From a virus (taxonomy: Duplodnaviria; Caudoviricetes): 64,000 bases of DNA. The notes under the pieces are model-generated. The model was not told the origin of the DNA. It did no database searches and saw nothing but the letters and a program-made list of their open reading frames with translations. The stretch covers positions 30,424 to 94,423 of IMG/VR virus record IMGVR_UViG_3300011444_000011; one strand, written 5' to 3'. The position numbers were made by a program, and so were the translations under genes. Every line of letters starts with the position of its first letter. The stretch's first letter is position 1. Below are positions 35,493 through 45,740 of this stretch, one piece after another.

Positions 35493-37122
35493 CTCAATTG
35501 CCGCAGGTCTGAAGAAGCGGACGTTGACGAAATGCAGCAAGTGGTCATGCGAATCTGTCGTGATGGGTCAGCCCTTTCCTGGCCCGTTCGGATTCAAATA
35601 TCACCCGTGGCTGCGGGACATGATGGATGCGAATGAGCCCGAAATCATCGGCCAAAAAGCCGCACAGATGGGCTTCACTGTCGCGGCTATGAACCGTAGC
35701 TTTTTTAACATTGATGTCAAACGGCAGTCGGTACTGTACCTGCTGCCGACGAAAACACCCGACGCGACTGACTTCAGCGCCAACAGGTTCGACCCAAGCC
35801 TAGAGCTAAGTCCCTACCTGTCGAAGCTCTTCAGTGATGTCAAGAACGTGGCCACTAAGCGTGCTGGTTCAGCTACACTGTACATTCGCGGTGCGAACAG
35901 TCGCTCGGGTCTAAAATCAATTCCGGTTGCCAATATCATCTTTGATGAATTGGATGAAATGCCGAAGGATAATATCCCTCTGGCGATGGAACGAACGTCA
36001 GGTCAGCAAGAGTCACAGGTTTGGAAAATCAGTACCGCGACCGCTCCGAACTTCGGTATCAATATCGAATTCATGGGATCGAGTCAAGAACACTTTCATT
36101 TTCCTTGTCCTGGCTGCGGACGGCAGATTGAACTAGATCGCAAGAACCTAATCATCGTTGGCGAGCAACTGGACGATCCTCGATTGATCGAGTCGTACAT
36201 TGAATGCCACGAATGTCACAAGGTTCTGTCGAAGGGTGCCGATGCTTTGTGCAAGGCAGAATTCCTTCAGTTTGGTAAGTGGGTCCGTCATGGCTCGCCT
36301 ACCGCCACCAAACGCGGCTTCTACATCAATCAACTGTACAGTCCCGCTAAGGCGGGTCGTCCCGTTGAACTGGCTGCGGCTTGGCTCCGATCGCTATTCG
36401 ACAAAGCGTCCGAACAAGAGTTCTACAATTCGAAGCTGGGTCTGCCGCACCTTGTTGAAGGTGCCCAGATCAATGATGCTAATATCAATAACTGTCTTCG
36501 ATCGCATAGAATGTCTGACCCGATTCAACCGGGTCTGATAACTATGGGTGTTGACGTGGGCAAATGGCTCCATGTCGAGATCGCCTCATGGCAGATCAAG
36601 AAGATGGGAAATGATGTTAATATCATGTCAGAGCCGGTCATCATCTACTCCGGCAAAGTGCCGAACTTTGAAGACCTCGACACTCTGATGAAACAGTATC
36701 AAGTCATACAGTGCGTCATCGACGCGAACCCTGAAGGTCGTAAGGCCACCGAGTTCGCTCGACGGTTCCACGGTCACGTCAAGCTGTGTTACTACGGCAA
36801 AGACAAGGCCGCTCGAACCATTGGCAAGCTGAATGAAAACTCCGAATCGAGAATCACGGTTGACCGGACAAGCTGGCTCGACCTTGCTCTCGGACGTTTC
36901 ATGAACGGAACGATTCATCTGCCGCAGGATATCAGTCAAGAGTTCAAAGACCATTTGAAGGCTCCGGCCCGACAGTGGAAACTGGACCGCGACGGAAATC
37001 CTGTCGGGACTTATATCAATCTGGGTGCGGACCACTTTGCTCATGCAAGGTGCTACAACGAAATCGCATTACCCATCGCGGCGTCGGTGGCGACTAACTC
37101 TGACATCGCGTCTTTCCTTTGA
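35455..37122 (+). CDS. terL: terminase large subunit, lambda GpA-like
   Basis: KAAQMGFT Walker A variant, IIFDELDEM Walker B, IST, CPGC..CHEC, TMGVDVG, CVIDANP, DHFAHA. Confidence 0.92.
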   Translation: MGFNSQLQANLRNSIAAGLKKRTLTKCSKWSCESVVMGQPFPGPFGFKYHPWLRDMMDANEPEIIGQKAAQMGFTVAAMNRSFFNIDVKRQSVLYLLPTKTPDATDFSANRFDPSLELSPYLSKLFSDVKNVATKRAGSATLYIRGANSRSGLKSIPVANIIFDELDEMPKDNIPLAMERTSGQQESQVWKISTATAPNFGINIEFMGSSQEHFHFPCPGCGRQIELDRKNLIIVGEQLDDPRLIESYIECHECHKVLSKGADALCKAEFLQFGKWVRHGSPTATKRGFYINQLYSPAKAGRPVELAAAWLRSLFDKASEQEFYNSKLGLPHLVEGAQINDANINNCLRSHRMSDPIQPGLITMGVDVGKWLHVEIASWQIKKMGNDVNIMSEPVIIYSGKVPNFEDLDTLMKQYQVIQCVIDANPEGRKATEFARRFHGHVKLCYYGKDKAARTIGKLNENSESRITVDRTSWLDLALGRFMNGTIHLPQDISQEFKDHLKAPARQWKLDRDGNPVGTYINLGADHFAHARCYNEIALPIAASVATNSDIASFL

Positions 37123-37129
37123 GGTTATC

Positions 37130-39007
37130 ATGGGTGTAGTTCAAGATGCTTCCGGCCTGACAGTTGGTACGACTTCAATGTCTGCCAACGATGCACCGCG
37201 GATCATTGATTTCCGACATCCGGCCTATAGCCGGATGGGGTTGTTCTGGCAGAAGTGGCGGTTCGTGTACGCGGGCGGCGATGACTTCTCCGAAGAGTTC
37301 TTGGAGAAGTACAGCACCCGTGAAGATACGCACGACTTCAATACTCGACGCCGGCTCACGCCGTCGCCGTCGTTTGCCAAAGCCGCCGTCAACGATATCA
37401 AGAATTCGATCTTTCAGCGAATGATTGATATTACGCGCACTGGTGGGTCGAAAGAATACCAGACAGCGATCACTGGTGCTGACAACGGAGTTGACAATCA
37501 CGGGGCGTCGATGAATTCGTTCATCGGCCGTTACGTCTTGCCTGAACTTCTGACGATGGCGAAGGTTGGCATCTATGTGGACATGCCCGATGACGTTGGT
37601 GACACGCTGCTGACAAGTGCAGGCAAACGCCCGTACCTGTATATGTACCGTGCCGAGCAACTTCTGTCGTGGACGTACCGCACGGACAAAGCTGACGAAT
37701 TCGCCAGCATCCTGGTTGTTGACTACGTCGATGATACTGAAACGATTTCCAATCTTCCGATTGGCGTTTGGAGTCGGTATCGTCATATCTGGATTGATGA
37801 CATCGACAAGAAGGTGCATGTCCAGTATTACAATGAAGACAGCGATTACATCGACCGCGAGGGTCGTCCTGGCTACGGCGAGTACATCCTCAACATCGAC
37901 TTCATTCCCTTCGTCGTGATGGAAATGAATGACAGCTTGCTTTCTGATGTTGCAAATCATCAGATCGCTTTGCTGAACCTCGAATCTTCGGACGTGATGT
38001 ATGCCCTGAAAGCCAACATCGGCTTCTATGTTGAGGAACAGGACAGCACGATCGTCAGCGACTATCTGAAGAAGAACAATGCTTCTGCCGATGGCACCGC
38101 TGCCAATGCTGGTTCCGGGACCAAAGAGATTGAAGTCGGGTCGATGGTAGGACGAGCATACGGTAAGGGAATGCACCCGCCGTCGTTCATTCATCCGTCG
38201 GCTGAACCGCTGAATGCCTCAATGGCAAAACAGCAGCAACTGAAAAATGATATTCGCCAACTGGTGAATCTCGCTGTTGCTAATATCAAACCCAAGATGG
38301 CAAGTGCCGAAAGCAAGGCAATTGATGAACATGGATTGGAAGCAGGTCTCGCCTACATCGGGCTTGAACTTGAACACGGCGAACGGAAACTCGCACGATA
38401 CTGGGCCTTGTACGAAAACGACAAGACCAACGTCGCTACCATCAAGTACCCGGCGAAGTACGCCCTTCAATCAGACGCAGATCGTCGGGCTGCTGTCGAA
38501 AATCTTGAGAAAATTCGTGATAGTGTTTTCAGTCCTACATTCCGAAAAGCCATTTCCAAACAGATCGCCCGCTTGCTTCTCGACGGCCAAGTCGATAACG
38601 ACACGCTGGAAAAGATCGGTAAAGAAATCGACGACGGAATAGCGATTGTTGCTGATCCGCAACTCACGCTCAATGCGTGTGAGCAAGGCATCTGTAGTTT
38701 GGAAGTCGCTGAAAAAATCTTTGGGTATCCGAAGGGAACTGCCGATCAGGCCGTCATCGACCATGTCGAACGGTTGGCTCGCATTGCCAAGGCTCAAGGG
38801 TTGTCTCAAGTGCAAACTGGTCGTCGTGGCGACATGGTCACGGTCGATCCGAACAATCCAAATTCCGGCGACAATGCCGGTGCTCGTGGCGTGAATGATT
38901 TGTCTGGAACACCCGGCGGCGGCAAAGCAGAGAAAGCCGCAGTGGCCGATCAAACAATGAATGGAAGTCCTACGGACCCGACTCGTGGGCCGGGGAAAGG
39001 AAAGTAA
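37130..39007 (+). CDS. portal protein
   Basis: position after TerL; RHPAY..W..YAGG..FL.KYS.RE...F..R pattern. Confidence 0.8.
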   Translation: MGVVQDASGLTVGTTSMSANDAPRIIDFRHPAYSRMGLFWQKWRFVYAGGDDFSEEFLEKYSTREDTHDFNTRRRLTPSPSFAKAAVNDIKNSIFQRMIDITRTGGSKEYQTAITGADNGVDNHGASMNSFIGRYVLPELLTMAKVGIYVDMPDDVGDTLLTSAGKRPYLYMYRAEQLLSWTYRTDKADEFASILVVDYVDDTETISNLPIGVWSRYRHIWIDDIDKKVHVQYYNEDSDYIDREGRPGYGEYILNIDFIPFVVMEMNDSLLSDVANHQIALLNLESSDVMYALKANIGFYVEEQDSTIVSDYLKKNNASADGTAANAGSGTKEIEVGSMVGRAYGKGMHPPSFIHPSAEPLNASMAKQQQLKNDIRQLVNLAVANIKPKMASAESKAIDEHGLEAGLAYIGLELEHGERKLARYWALYENDKTNVATIKYPAKYALQSDADRRAAVENLEKIRDSVFSPTFRKAISKQIARLLLDGQVDNDTLEKIGKEIDDGIAIVADPQLTLNACEQGICSLEVAEKIFGYPKGTADQAVIDHVERLARIAKAQGLSQVQTGRRGDMVTVDPNNPNSGDNAGARGVNDLSGTPGGGKAEKAAVADQTMNGSPTDPTRGPGKGK

Positions 39008-39008
39008 G

Positions 39009-39569
39009 ATGTCGAAAAATACTGCTCAGTACCCCGCAGCCCAGTGGGATGGTTCCTCGCCGAGTCGTGCAGCGGATAACGGTATCGACCGTCATCCTGA
39101 TTTTGAAGACTGGGACCAGATGGTTGCCGAGATGCAGGCCGTTCAGGCCGAGATCGACAAAGGCAAGTATCTCACTGCCGTTCCCAATCCGACCGGCGGT
39201 GCGGTTGCTCCGGGTAAGGCCGTCTATCTGTTGGCAAACGGCACGGGCATCGCCCTGGCTGATGCCAACGGCACGGCTCCGGCCCGCAACGTCTGCGGCC
39301 TCGTTGCGTCCGGTGCGACCGCGATTGCGGTTGCTGCCAATATCATTCAGGATGGTGATCTCACTTTGACGACTGCCCAGTGGGACACCGTCACTGGCGA
39401 CTCGGGCGGACTGGTTCCGTTCACCGAGTATTACCTGTCGGGATCGGCCGGTGCGGTTACGAAGACGGTGCCCGCCACGACCGGCGACACCGACATCGTC
39501 GTGGGTGTTGCGAAGACCGCGACGACCATGAACGTCCGTGTCCGACACATCCTGTCGAGCCACGCCTAA
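39009..39569 (+). CDS. capsid decoration/cement-like protein
   Basis: GKAVYL..ALADA..CGLV..GLVPFTEYYLS..VG pattern. Confidence 0.6.
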   Translation: MSKNTAQYPAAQWDGSSPSRAADNGIDRHPDFEDWDQMVAEMQAVQAEIDKGKYLTAVPNPTGGAVAPGKAVYLLANGTGIALADANGTAPARNVCGLVASGATAIAVAANIIQDGDLTLTTAQWDTVTGDSGGLVPFTEYYLSGSAGAVTKTVPATTGDTDIVVGVAKTATTMNVRVRHILSSHA

Positions 39570-39583
39570 TCTGATTGATGTGC

Positions 39584-39619
39584 AACCCGGTTGATATTGA
39601 TATCAGTATCAACCGGGTT
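39584..39619. terminator. hairpin built around overlapping TGATA-N4-TATCA palindromes
   Basis: AACCCGGTTGATATTGA/TCAGTATCAACCGGGTT. Confidence 0.6.
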
Positions 39620-39680
39620 ACGGGGTGGGCCGAACCTTTGGAAGTTTTCGGTGTTTCTTCTTTACAGGAGTTGAGTTACG

Positions 39681-39914
39681 ATGGTGACGAAAGAACTGGT
39701 TGATGCGGTGGTTGGTGCAGCGAATGACGCGATTGCTTCGGCTCAAGCCGTCGGAAACGCGGAGACTGCCAAGGAAGGTTCTGACGCGGCTCTGGCTGTC
39801 GCACAGGCCGACAATTCGCAGAAGGGGTCTGACCTGTCTGCTTCGGAATCGGACCTGACGGCCAAGAAGGCTGCTCTGGATTCGGCGGTGGCTGCTCTGA
39901 CAGCTTCCTTTTGA
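39681..39914 (+). CDS. Ala-rich coiled-coil protein
   Basis: AGGAG SD. Confidence 0.65.
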   Translation: MVTKELVDAVVGAANDAIASAQAVGNAETAKEGSDAALAVAQADNSQKGSDLSASESDLTAKKAALDSAVAALTASF

Positions 39915-39994
39915 CAACCCGCTCTCTCTGCTGTGGGCCATCTATAAATGGCCCAGGCAGATGTGGTTGTACCTGCGATTGAGATATCGCAGAC

Positions 39995-40048
39995 GTTGAT
40001 ATCCGAAATCATGGAGCCTCGAAAGAGGCTCCATGTTCCCGTGTATCA
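39995..40048 (+). promoter_or_regulatory. conserved hairpin module, copy 2 (candidate late promoter)
   Basis: identical flanks to 35025-35078, different 10-bp stem with GAAA loop. Confidence 0.6.
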
Positions 40049-40060
40049 AAGGGCTGTACA

Positions 40061-40495
40061 ATGGCTAACTATCCAGAGTGGGATGGGAGTTCATCAGGAA
40101 GACTAGACCCGACAACCTACCGTTCCCCATCTGGGACTGACTGGCTTAGGGTTATTACGGAGTTGAACAATACCCGTACAATGTGCAGTAACCTGCTCCT
40201 ACAGCTTACTGATATTCAGAATCAATTTCAAGCCTTGAGAAGTAGAATACTGGCTGTAGAAGTGGAAGGTGCTTCACCACTTCAACTGGCCCAATCAGTA
40301 ACTTATCTCAAGCAACTAATACACAGTGCTTCATCCACTTTGATATTGACATCAAAAGTCACGATCAATAAGGATGTGCAACTGATTGTGTCGTCGGTGA
40401 TGGCTCTGGTTTCAGTAGCCCGCAATCTGTTGTGGTCAAAACATTTGAGTTCAGCAATGGCCTTCAAGTCCACCGCGACGGTGGTCAAGAACTAG
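40061..40495 (+). CDS. virion protein sharing N-terminal motif with 39009-39569
   Basis: YPEWDGSS..R..P...DW....E. Confidence 0.6.
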   Translation: MANYPEWDGSSSGRLDPTTYRSPSGTDWLRVITELNNTRTMCSNLLLQLTDIQNQFQALRSRILAVEVEGASPLQLAQSVTYLKQLIHSASSTLILTSKVTINKDVQLIVSSVMALVSVARNLLWSKHLSSAMAFKSTATVVKN

Positions 40496-40502
40496 GTGCA
40501 AC

Positions 40503-40955
40503 ATGGGACAGTACGCAACGCTCGAAGAGGCTAACGCCTATTTTGCTACCCGATTGCACTCTGGCCTCTGGGGTGCAACGAACCCGACGGACAGGAATAA
40601 TTCTCTGATTGTGGCGACTCGAATCATCGACCGTCTCAACTTCGTTGGTGATAAGACAGACGTGATAACTCCGCAAGAGTTGGAGTTTCCGCGTGGTGGT
40701 GATGTGAACGTGCCATCTGATATTAAAAACGCTTCATACGAAATTGCCTTCGCTTTGCTCGATGGCGTCGATCCTGAAATGGAGACTGATAATCTCGCTA
40801 TTGTGTCCGAAGGGTATTCCAGCGTGCGGGCAACCTACGACCGTAACGCTGCTCTTCCTCATCTTGCCGCGGGTGTACCTTCCATGACCGCGTGGCGATA
40901 CCTGTTACCGTATCTCCGGGATGACAAGAGTTTCAACATGAGTAGGGTTTCATAA
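40503..40955 (+). CDS. head-tail adaptor (DnaT-like / gp15-type)
   Basis: YATLEEANAYF, ATRIIDRL.F.G.K, QELEFPR, VPSDIKNASYEIA, LLPYL. Confidence 0.75.
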   Translation: MGQYATLEEANAYFATRLHSGLWGATNPTDRNNSLIVATRIIDRLNFVGDKTDVITPQELEFPRGGDVNVPSDIKNASYEIAFALLDGVDPEMETDNLAIVSEGYSSVRATYDRNAALPHLAAGVPSMTAWRYLLPYLRDDKSFNMSRVS

Positions 40956-40965
40956 GGAACCTCCG

Positions 40966-41802
40966 ATGAAGATTCAGTCGTTGCGATTTCTGAAATCAAT
41001 TCCGATGGTGGCTGTGTACGAGGGTGACGATGCGGCTGCGGCTGCTGCGGCGAAAGCTGCTGCTGACAAAGCTGTGGCCGATAAGGCTGCTGCTGACGCT
41101 GCGGCTGCTGCCGACGCGGACAGGGTCACGACCCAAGACCAGTTGAACACCGCTCTGAAGCGTGAGAAAGAAAAGTTTCGCACCGAACGTCAGGCTCTGA
41201 TTACGCAACTCGAAGCGATTCAGAACGACGCCAAGACGACCGGCGAAACGAAAGCGGCATTGGAGACCCAACTCGAAGAGTTGCGTCGCCAGAATATGTC
41301 GGCCGAGGAACGCTCTCGGCTTGAGAAAGCGAAGCTGGAAAAAGATTGGTCCGGCAAGCTGGCTGAAAAGGATGCCGAGGCTTCCCAGTGGAAGCAGCGT
41401 CACAACGAACTCCAAACTGGCTACAGCATCAGTACGGCGGCTGCGGTCCACGCAGTCGTACCGACTGGCGTCCCCTTCCTCGAATCCTACTTGAAGCCCC
41501 GCTCCAAGTTGGTCGAAGTGGTGGATGTCGGCGGGAAAGGCACGGGCAAGTTCGAGGCGAAAGTCACCTTGACAGTTGCTGACAAAGAGGGGAAACCCGT
41601 CGAAGTCGAGTACAGCGTCGGCGACGCTGTCAAGCAAATGAAAGATATGCCCGAGCAATTCGGATTTTTATTCGCGTCCAGTGCGGCCGCTGGGCTCGGA
41701 GCAGGTACAGGTACACCGGGGAAACAGCCGAACATCGCCAAAATGTCCCCGGCACAGTACATGGAAGCCCGAAAGAAGAACCCTGCTTCTGTCGGTCTTT
41801 AA
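40966..41802 (+). CDS. capsid scaffolding protein
   Basis: Ala-rich N-terminus, long coiled coil, C-terminal MSPAQYMEARK; upstream of coat. Confidence 0.75.
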   Translation: MKIQSLRFLKSIPMVAVYEGDDAAAAAAAKAAADKAVADKAAADAAAAADADRVTTQDQLNTALKREKEKFRTERQALITQLEAIQNDAKTTGETKAALETQLEELRRQNMSAEERSRLEKAKLEKDWSGKLAEKDAEASQWKQRHNELQTGYSISTAAAVHAVVPTGVPFLESYLKPRSKLVEVVDVGGKGTGKFEAKVTLTVADKEGKPVEVEYSVGDAVKQMKDMPEQFGFLFASSAAAGLGAGTGTPGKQPNIAKMSPAQYMEARKKNPASVGL

Positions 41803-41875
41803 TCCTGAAATGAAAACATGGGGTGGTGAAACTGATATCCAAAATCAAACGGCCTAATCGGCCAGAGGACACCAG

Positions 41876-43249
41876 ATGAATACTTTGAAGAACAAGCCGT
41901 TCTATGCCGTGTACGACAACTCGATCGACGCCTTCATCCCCGAACAGTGGGCGATGGAAGGTGTCGCGATCCTGTTGGAGAACATGGTTGCCGCCAACCT
42001 CGTTCACCGCGACTTCGAGCCGCTCTTTGCGCGCTACGGGGACGTGGTCAACACCCGCAAGCCGGGTGAGTTCAAGGCGAAGCGGAAAACCGATGCCGAC
42101 GACGTTTCCGTGCAGGATGCGACCGCGACGAACATCGCCGTGCCGCTCGACCAGCACGTTCACGTCAGCTTTCTCATCCGCGACGGTGAGGAAAGCAAGT
42201 CGTTCAAGTCGCTGGTTGACGAATACTTGCGGCCCGCCGCGATTGCGATGGCCCGTATGACCGACCAGATCGTTCTGGGTCAGGTCTATCAGTTCCTCGA
42301 AAACCAGGCCGGTGCGTTGGGTGGACTGTCCAGCAGCAACGGCATCGACTACATCACGGGCACCCGCGATGTGATGAACAAGAACAAGGCGTTCATGGAT
42401 GGGCGATCGTTGATTCTGGCACCCGACACGGAAACGAAGATGCTCCAGAATCAGACCTTCGTCATCGCCCAGGATGTGGGTGACGGTGGCCAGACCATGC
42501 GTGAAGGGTATCTCGGCCGGAAGTTCGGTTTCGATACCTACATGGCCCAGAACACGTCGAGCGTGTCCGGTGACGGTTCGCTCGGTTCGGGTACGATCAA
42601 CGGTGGTAACTTCCTCAAGGGAAGCACCACGTTGACTGTCACCGGGTTCGGTTCTGGCGAAGTGGTCGCCGGCCAGTGGATCAGCATTCTCGGTAACGTC
42701 TACCACGTTACCGCGACCGACAACGCGACCGCGACCAGCTTGACGCTGGAGTACGGTCTGGTTGCCGACGTGCTGACGAACTCGGCCATCAAGGTCTACG
42801 ACGCGGACGTGGAAGTCACGACCCGTGCCGCAGGGTACGCGAAGGAAATCACCTACACCACCGCTCCCCCGAGTGTTGGCCAGTTGGTGACTTTCGGAAC
42901 CGCCCTCGACCGCTACTCGGTCGTCGAAGTTGACAGCGTTGCCAAGACGATCCTGTTGGATCGCCCGCTGGCCGCGCAGGTCACGAACGGAACGTCGATC
43001 AATTACGGCCCGGCCGGTGGGGACTTCAACCTCGCCTTCCACCGCAATTGCATGACCCTGGTCATCCGTCCGCTCAACCTGCCCCGTGCAGGAACCGGCG
43101 CGCTGGCTGCGGTTCAGAACTTCGGTGGCGCAACCATGCGGACCACGATCACCTATGATGGCACCAAGCAGGGCCATCTGGTGACGATGGACTTCCTGGC
43201 CGGCATCAAGGTGCTCGACACCGATCTGGCTGCGGTGCTGTTGGCCTAA
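41876..43249 (+). CDS. major capsid protein, P22 coat (gp5)-like, with two inserted beta domains
   Basis: IL.ENMV..NLVHRDF..GD.VN.RKP, EYLRPAAIAMA, NLAFHRNC.TLV.RPL..P, MDFLAG. Confidence 0.9.
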   Translation: MNTLKNKPFYAVYDNSIDAFIPEQWAMEGVAILLENMVAANLVHRDFEPLFARYGDVVNTRKPGEFKAKRKTDADDVSVQDATATNIAVPLDQHVHVSFLIRDGEESKSFKSLVDEYLRPAAIAMARMTDQIVLGQVYQFLENQAGALGGLSSSNGIDYITGTRDVMNKNKAFMDGRSLILAPDTETKMLQNQTFVIAQDVGDGGQTMREGYLGRKFGFDTYMAQNTSSVSGDGSLGSGTINGGNFLKGSTTLTVTGFGSGEVVAGQWISILGNVYHVTATDNATATSLTLEYGLVADVLTNSAIKVYDADVEVTTRAAGYAKEITYTTAPPSVGQLVTFGTALDRYSVVEVDSVAKTILLDRPLAAQVTNGTSINYGPAGGDFNLAFHRNCMTLVIRPLNLPRAGTGALAAVQNFGGATMRTTITYDGTKQGHLVTMDFLAGIKVLDTDLAAVLLA

Positions 43250-43273
43250 TTGCCGACTTGATATTGTAATCAA

Positions 43274-43305
43274 ATCAACCCGGCAGGATTTCCTGCCGGG
43301 TTGAT
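43274..43305. terminator. hairpin after capsid gene flanked by palindrome variants
   Basis: ATCAACCCGGCAGGA/TCCTGCCGGGTTGAT. Confidence 0.6.
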
Positions 43306-43328
43306 ATTCAGTATCAGGAGCAATCATC

Positions 43329-43568
43329 ATGGCAGGAACAGTACCCGAAACGGTCGCCAGAGTTGAAGAGAAGGTTGACGGCGTGGTAAGAAATCTGGGG
43401 CGACTTTGCTTGCTCATCGAAGGTGATGGCGGCTTAGATCATCCTGGCTTGAAAGTCACAGTTGATCGTCTCGTCCAAACTGAAAAACGCCGACAATGGA
43501 TGTCGCGTGCTGTTATAACAGGTGTCATCGGACTACTTGCCGAACGCTTATGGGGATTACTCCGATGA
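43329..43568 (+). CDS. small protein with coiled coil and C-terminal TM (holin-like?)
   Basis: AGGAG SD; C-terminal AVITGVIGLLAERLWGLL. Confidence 0.6.
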   Translation: MAGTVPETVARVEEKVDGVVRNLGRLCLLIEGDGGLDHPGLKVTVDRLVQTEKRRQWMSRAVITGVIGLLAERLWGLLR

Positions 43569-44116
43569 ACCAGTTACGATTTATCTCGAACGTCCTGTAC
43601 CGGATGAAGCGACGGTACGGCCTACCGGCAACGCTAATCACAATCTTGAGTGAAGACGTTGATCTTGGGACTGGCGTCAAGACTCAAGTGCGGGACAGTT
43701 TGCAGATAAGTCGCGTCATTATTCTCCCGTCAACTATTAAGCGGGAATTTTTCTACGACTTAGCCTGGATCACTGGGAACAAAGACTTCACTTACGGCGG
43801 CGATACGCTTACCGGCTCCCGTAAGTTTGTCATAGATCGGAATGACCTCGGAACTTGGATCGTCAAAGTTGGTGACGCTCTGATCTACGACGGCAACCGA
43901 TACGAAGTTCAAGAGGTTGACGAGTTTGAATCCAGACTCGGCTACCTTATTACCGCAAGAGAAAGCACAAGTGTGCCCGTCAATAACATCGTTGAGGTTC
44001 AACTCTACGATGAAGTGTTCATGAAAGACACCGCAACTGTTGCGGTTGGTCGTACACCGATTTTGATATCAGTATCAAACGATCTTGGTTTGACTGACGA
44101 GGCGGTGAACTCATGA
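43565..44116 (+). CDS. head-closure/neck protein
   Basis: position; VGDALIYDGNRYEVQEV motif. Confidence 0.65.
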   Translation: MNQLRFISNVLYRMKRRYGLPATLITILSEDVDLGTGVKTQVRDSLQISRVIILPSTIKREFFYDLAWITGNKDFTYGGDTLTGSRKFVIDRNDLGTWIVKVGDALIYDGNRYEVQEVDEFESRLGYLITARESTSVPVNNIVEVQLYDEVFMKDTATVAVGRTPILISVSNDLGLTDEAVNS

Positions 44117-44658
44117 TTAACCCTAATTGGTCGCGGTGGATATGGGCAAGCTGCACGAAGTTCTTCGACAGCAATAGAGGCCCGTACTTCATGTTCATCG
44201 AAGGTTTGACACGGACGGTTGATGGAAAGGAAGTGTTCATTGAATTCAGGATGGATGGGCCAAATATCCGAGAACCAAGTAGAAACTACTTCGTCTTTGA
44301 TATTACCATCAATATCTGCATTCAAGTCGCCGAGAACGCTTACAACGCCCACGACTTCATGCGGGCATACGGATGGGTACAGTCGATGTTTCGAGGCTGC
44401 ATCCCTGTGCATAAAGAAGGCAATGGTCCTCAAGACGATCCCAACTTCCTGCTCGGGACACTCATTCTCAAGAATTCTCGTGAGATTGATTTGCTCAAAG
44501 GGTTACAGTTGGGCCAGATTGATCCGGTCATGAAACTGATGCAAGGCACAGTTGAGGCCCGGTATCGAATGGAATTCTCGGGATCACAAGATACTTACTC
44601 GGTGTCATTAGCTGATGACGTGGTGCTTGGAGACAGTTCAGAAGGCACGGTCAATTGA
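44113..44658 (+). CDS. tail-completion/terminator-like protein
   Basis: position directly before tail tubes. Confidence 0.55.
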   Translation: MINPNWSRWIWASCTKFFDSNRGPYFMFIEGLTRTVDGKEVFIEFRMDGPNIREPSRNYFVFDITINICIQVAENAYNAHDFMRAYGWVQSMFRGCIPVHKEGNGPQDDPNFLLGTLILKNSREIDLLKGLQLGQIDPVMKLMQGTVEARYRMEFSGSQDTYSVSLADDVVLGDSSEGTVN

Positions 44659-44682
44659 TACTCAAATTCAGGGAGCTTTGCT

Positions 44683-45723
44683 ATGGCGCAAATCGAATTG
44701 CGACATGCCACGTTGAGGCTCGTTGACGGCTACTCCAACACCGCTTTAGTGAATGGATCGCCTGTCAATGGGGACTCTGTGGTGAACATCGACAGTGTTG
44801 GGACGCCCACCAAAATCAATCTGGGCACTCGCTTCACTGTCGTTGGGAACAGTAGCCGGCCACATTACGTGACCGCACAGAATGCAAACGAAGTCCAGCA
44901 AGTGCCGATCATCGGTGCTTCGACTGGTCACTTCAAGCTGACGTTCAAGGGCACAGTTGCCAACGTCGTGACGCAGCAGACGGGTTCGATTGATGTTGCG
45001 ACCGTTGCGGCCAATATCATTCAGACTGCGTTGGAAGCGCTTGTCGGAATTGATCCTGGTGATGTGACAGTTACGCTCGTGTCTGGCACGACGTTCAACA
45101 TCGAGTACAAAGGTCAGTACGCGAACACCGATATGACCTTGATTACGTTCCAGAACATCGACCTGGATGCTGGCGGTGCGACGCCGACGCAAGTGTACCA
45201 AGGTGGTTTCACTCACCAGATCACTTTCACGCCGACGTTCACGACGGCTGACGGTGTGCCGGCCGATGATGCCGCAATCACTTTCTCCGGCAACACTCTC
45301 GAAATCAACATCGGGACTGGTAATCTGACCTACAACGAGCAGCGTCAGATGACCTACACGCTCGATCGGGGCGTGCTCGATACGGTTCGTGAGGGCGACG
45401 ATGTGCCGATGGACGTGGTACTGGACTTTATCTGGGAGTTCATCAACGCCACCGCTGGCGACTTGACTCCTTCGATCGAGGATGCGTTCAAACAGAGGGG
45501 AAATGCAGTGAACTGGGTCTCCTCTTCGAGCGATCAGTGCGAGCCCTATGCGATTGATATTGAAATCGAACACGTCCCTCCGTGTAACAACGAAGAGATC
45601 GAACGATTGCTGTTTCCTGATTTCCGATGGGAGAGTCTCAACCATAACTTGCGTGACGCGACTGTCGCCGTGACTGGCAAATGTAATGCCAAGCAGGCGA
45701 TCGTCAGCCGTTCCGCTGTCTAA
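44683..45723 (+). CDS. tail tube protein 1 (with inserted domains)
   Basis: paralog of 45741-46460, shared MAQIELRHAT.RLVDGYSN and C-terminal core. Confidence 0.7.
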   Translation: MAQIELRHATLRLVDGYSNTALVNGSPVNGDSVVNIDSVGTPTKINLGTRFTVVGNSSRPHYVTAQNANEVQQVPIIGASTGHFKLTFKGTVANVVTQQTGSIDVATVAANIIQTALEALVGIDPGDVTVTLVSGTTFNIEYKGQYANTDMTLITFQNIDLDAGGATPTQVYQGGFTHQITFTPTFTTADGVPADDAAITFSGNTLEINIGTGNLTYNEQRQMTYTLDRGVLDTVREGDDVPMDVVLDFIWEFINATAGDLTPSIEDAFKQRGNAVNWVSSSSDQCEPYAIDIEIEHVPPCNNEEIERLLFPDFRWESLNHNLRDATVAVTGKCNAKQAIVSRSAV

Positions 45724-45740
45724 GCCTCTGGGAGTTTGAA

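Noticed and set aside
41630-43417. 595-aa minus-strand ORF
   Set aside because: Antisense shadow of the codon-biased coat gene with no motifs; the same applies to 37175-38194, 44746-45768, 45756-46718 and 11933-12742.
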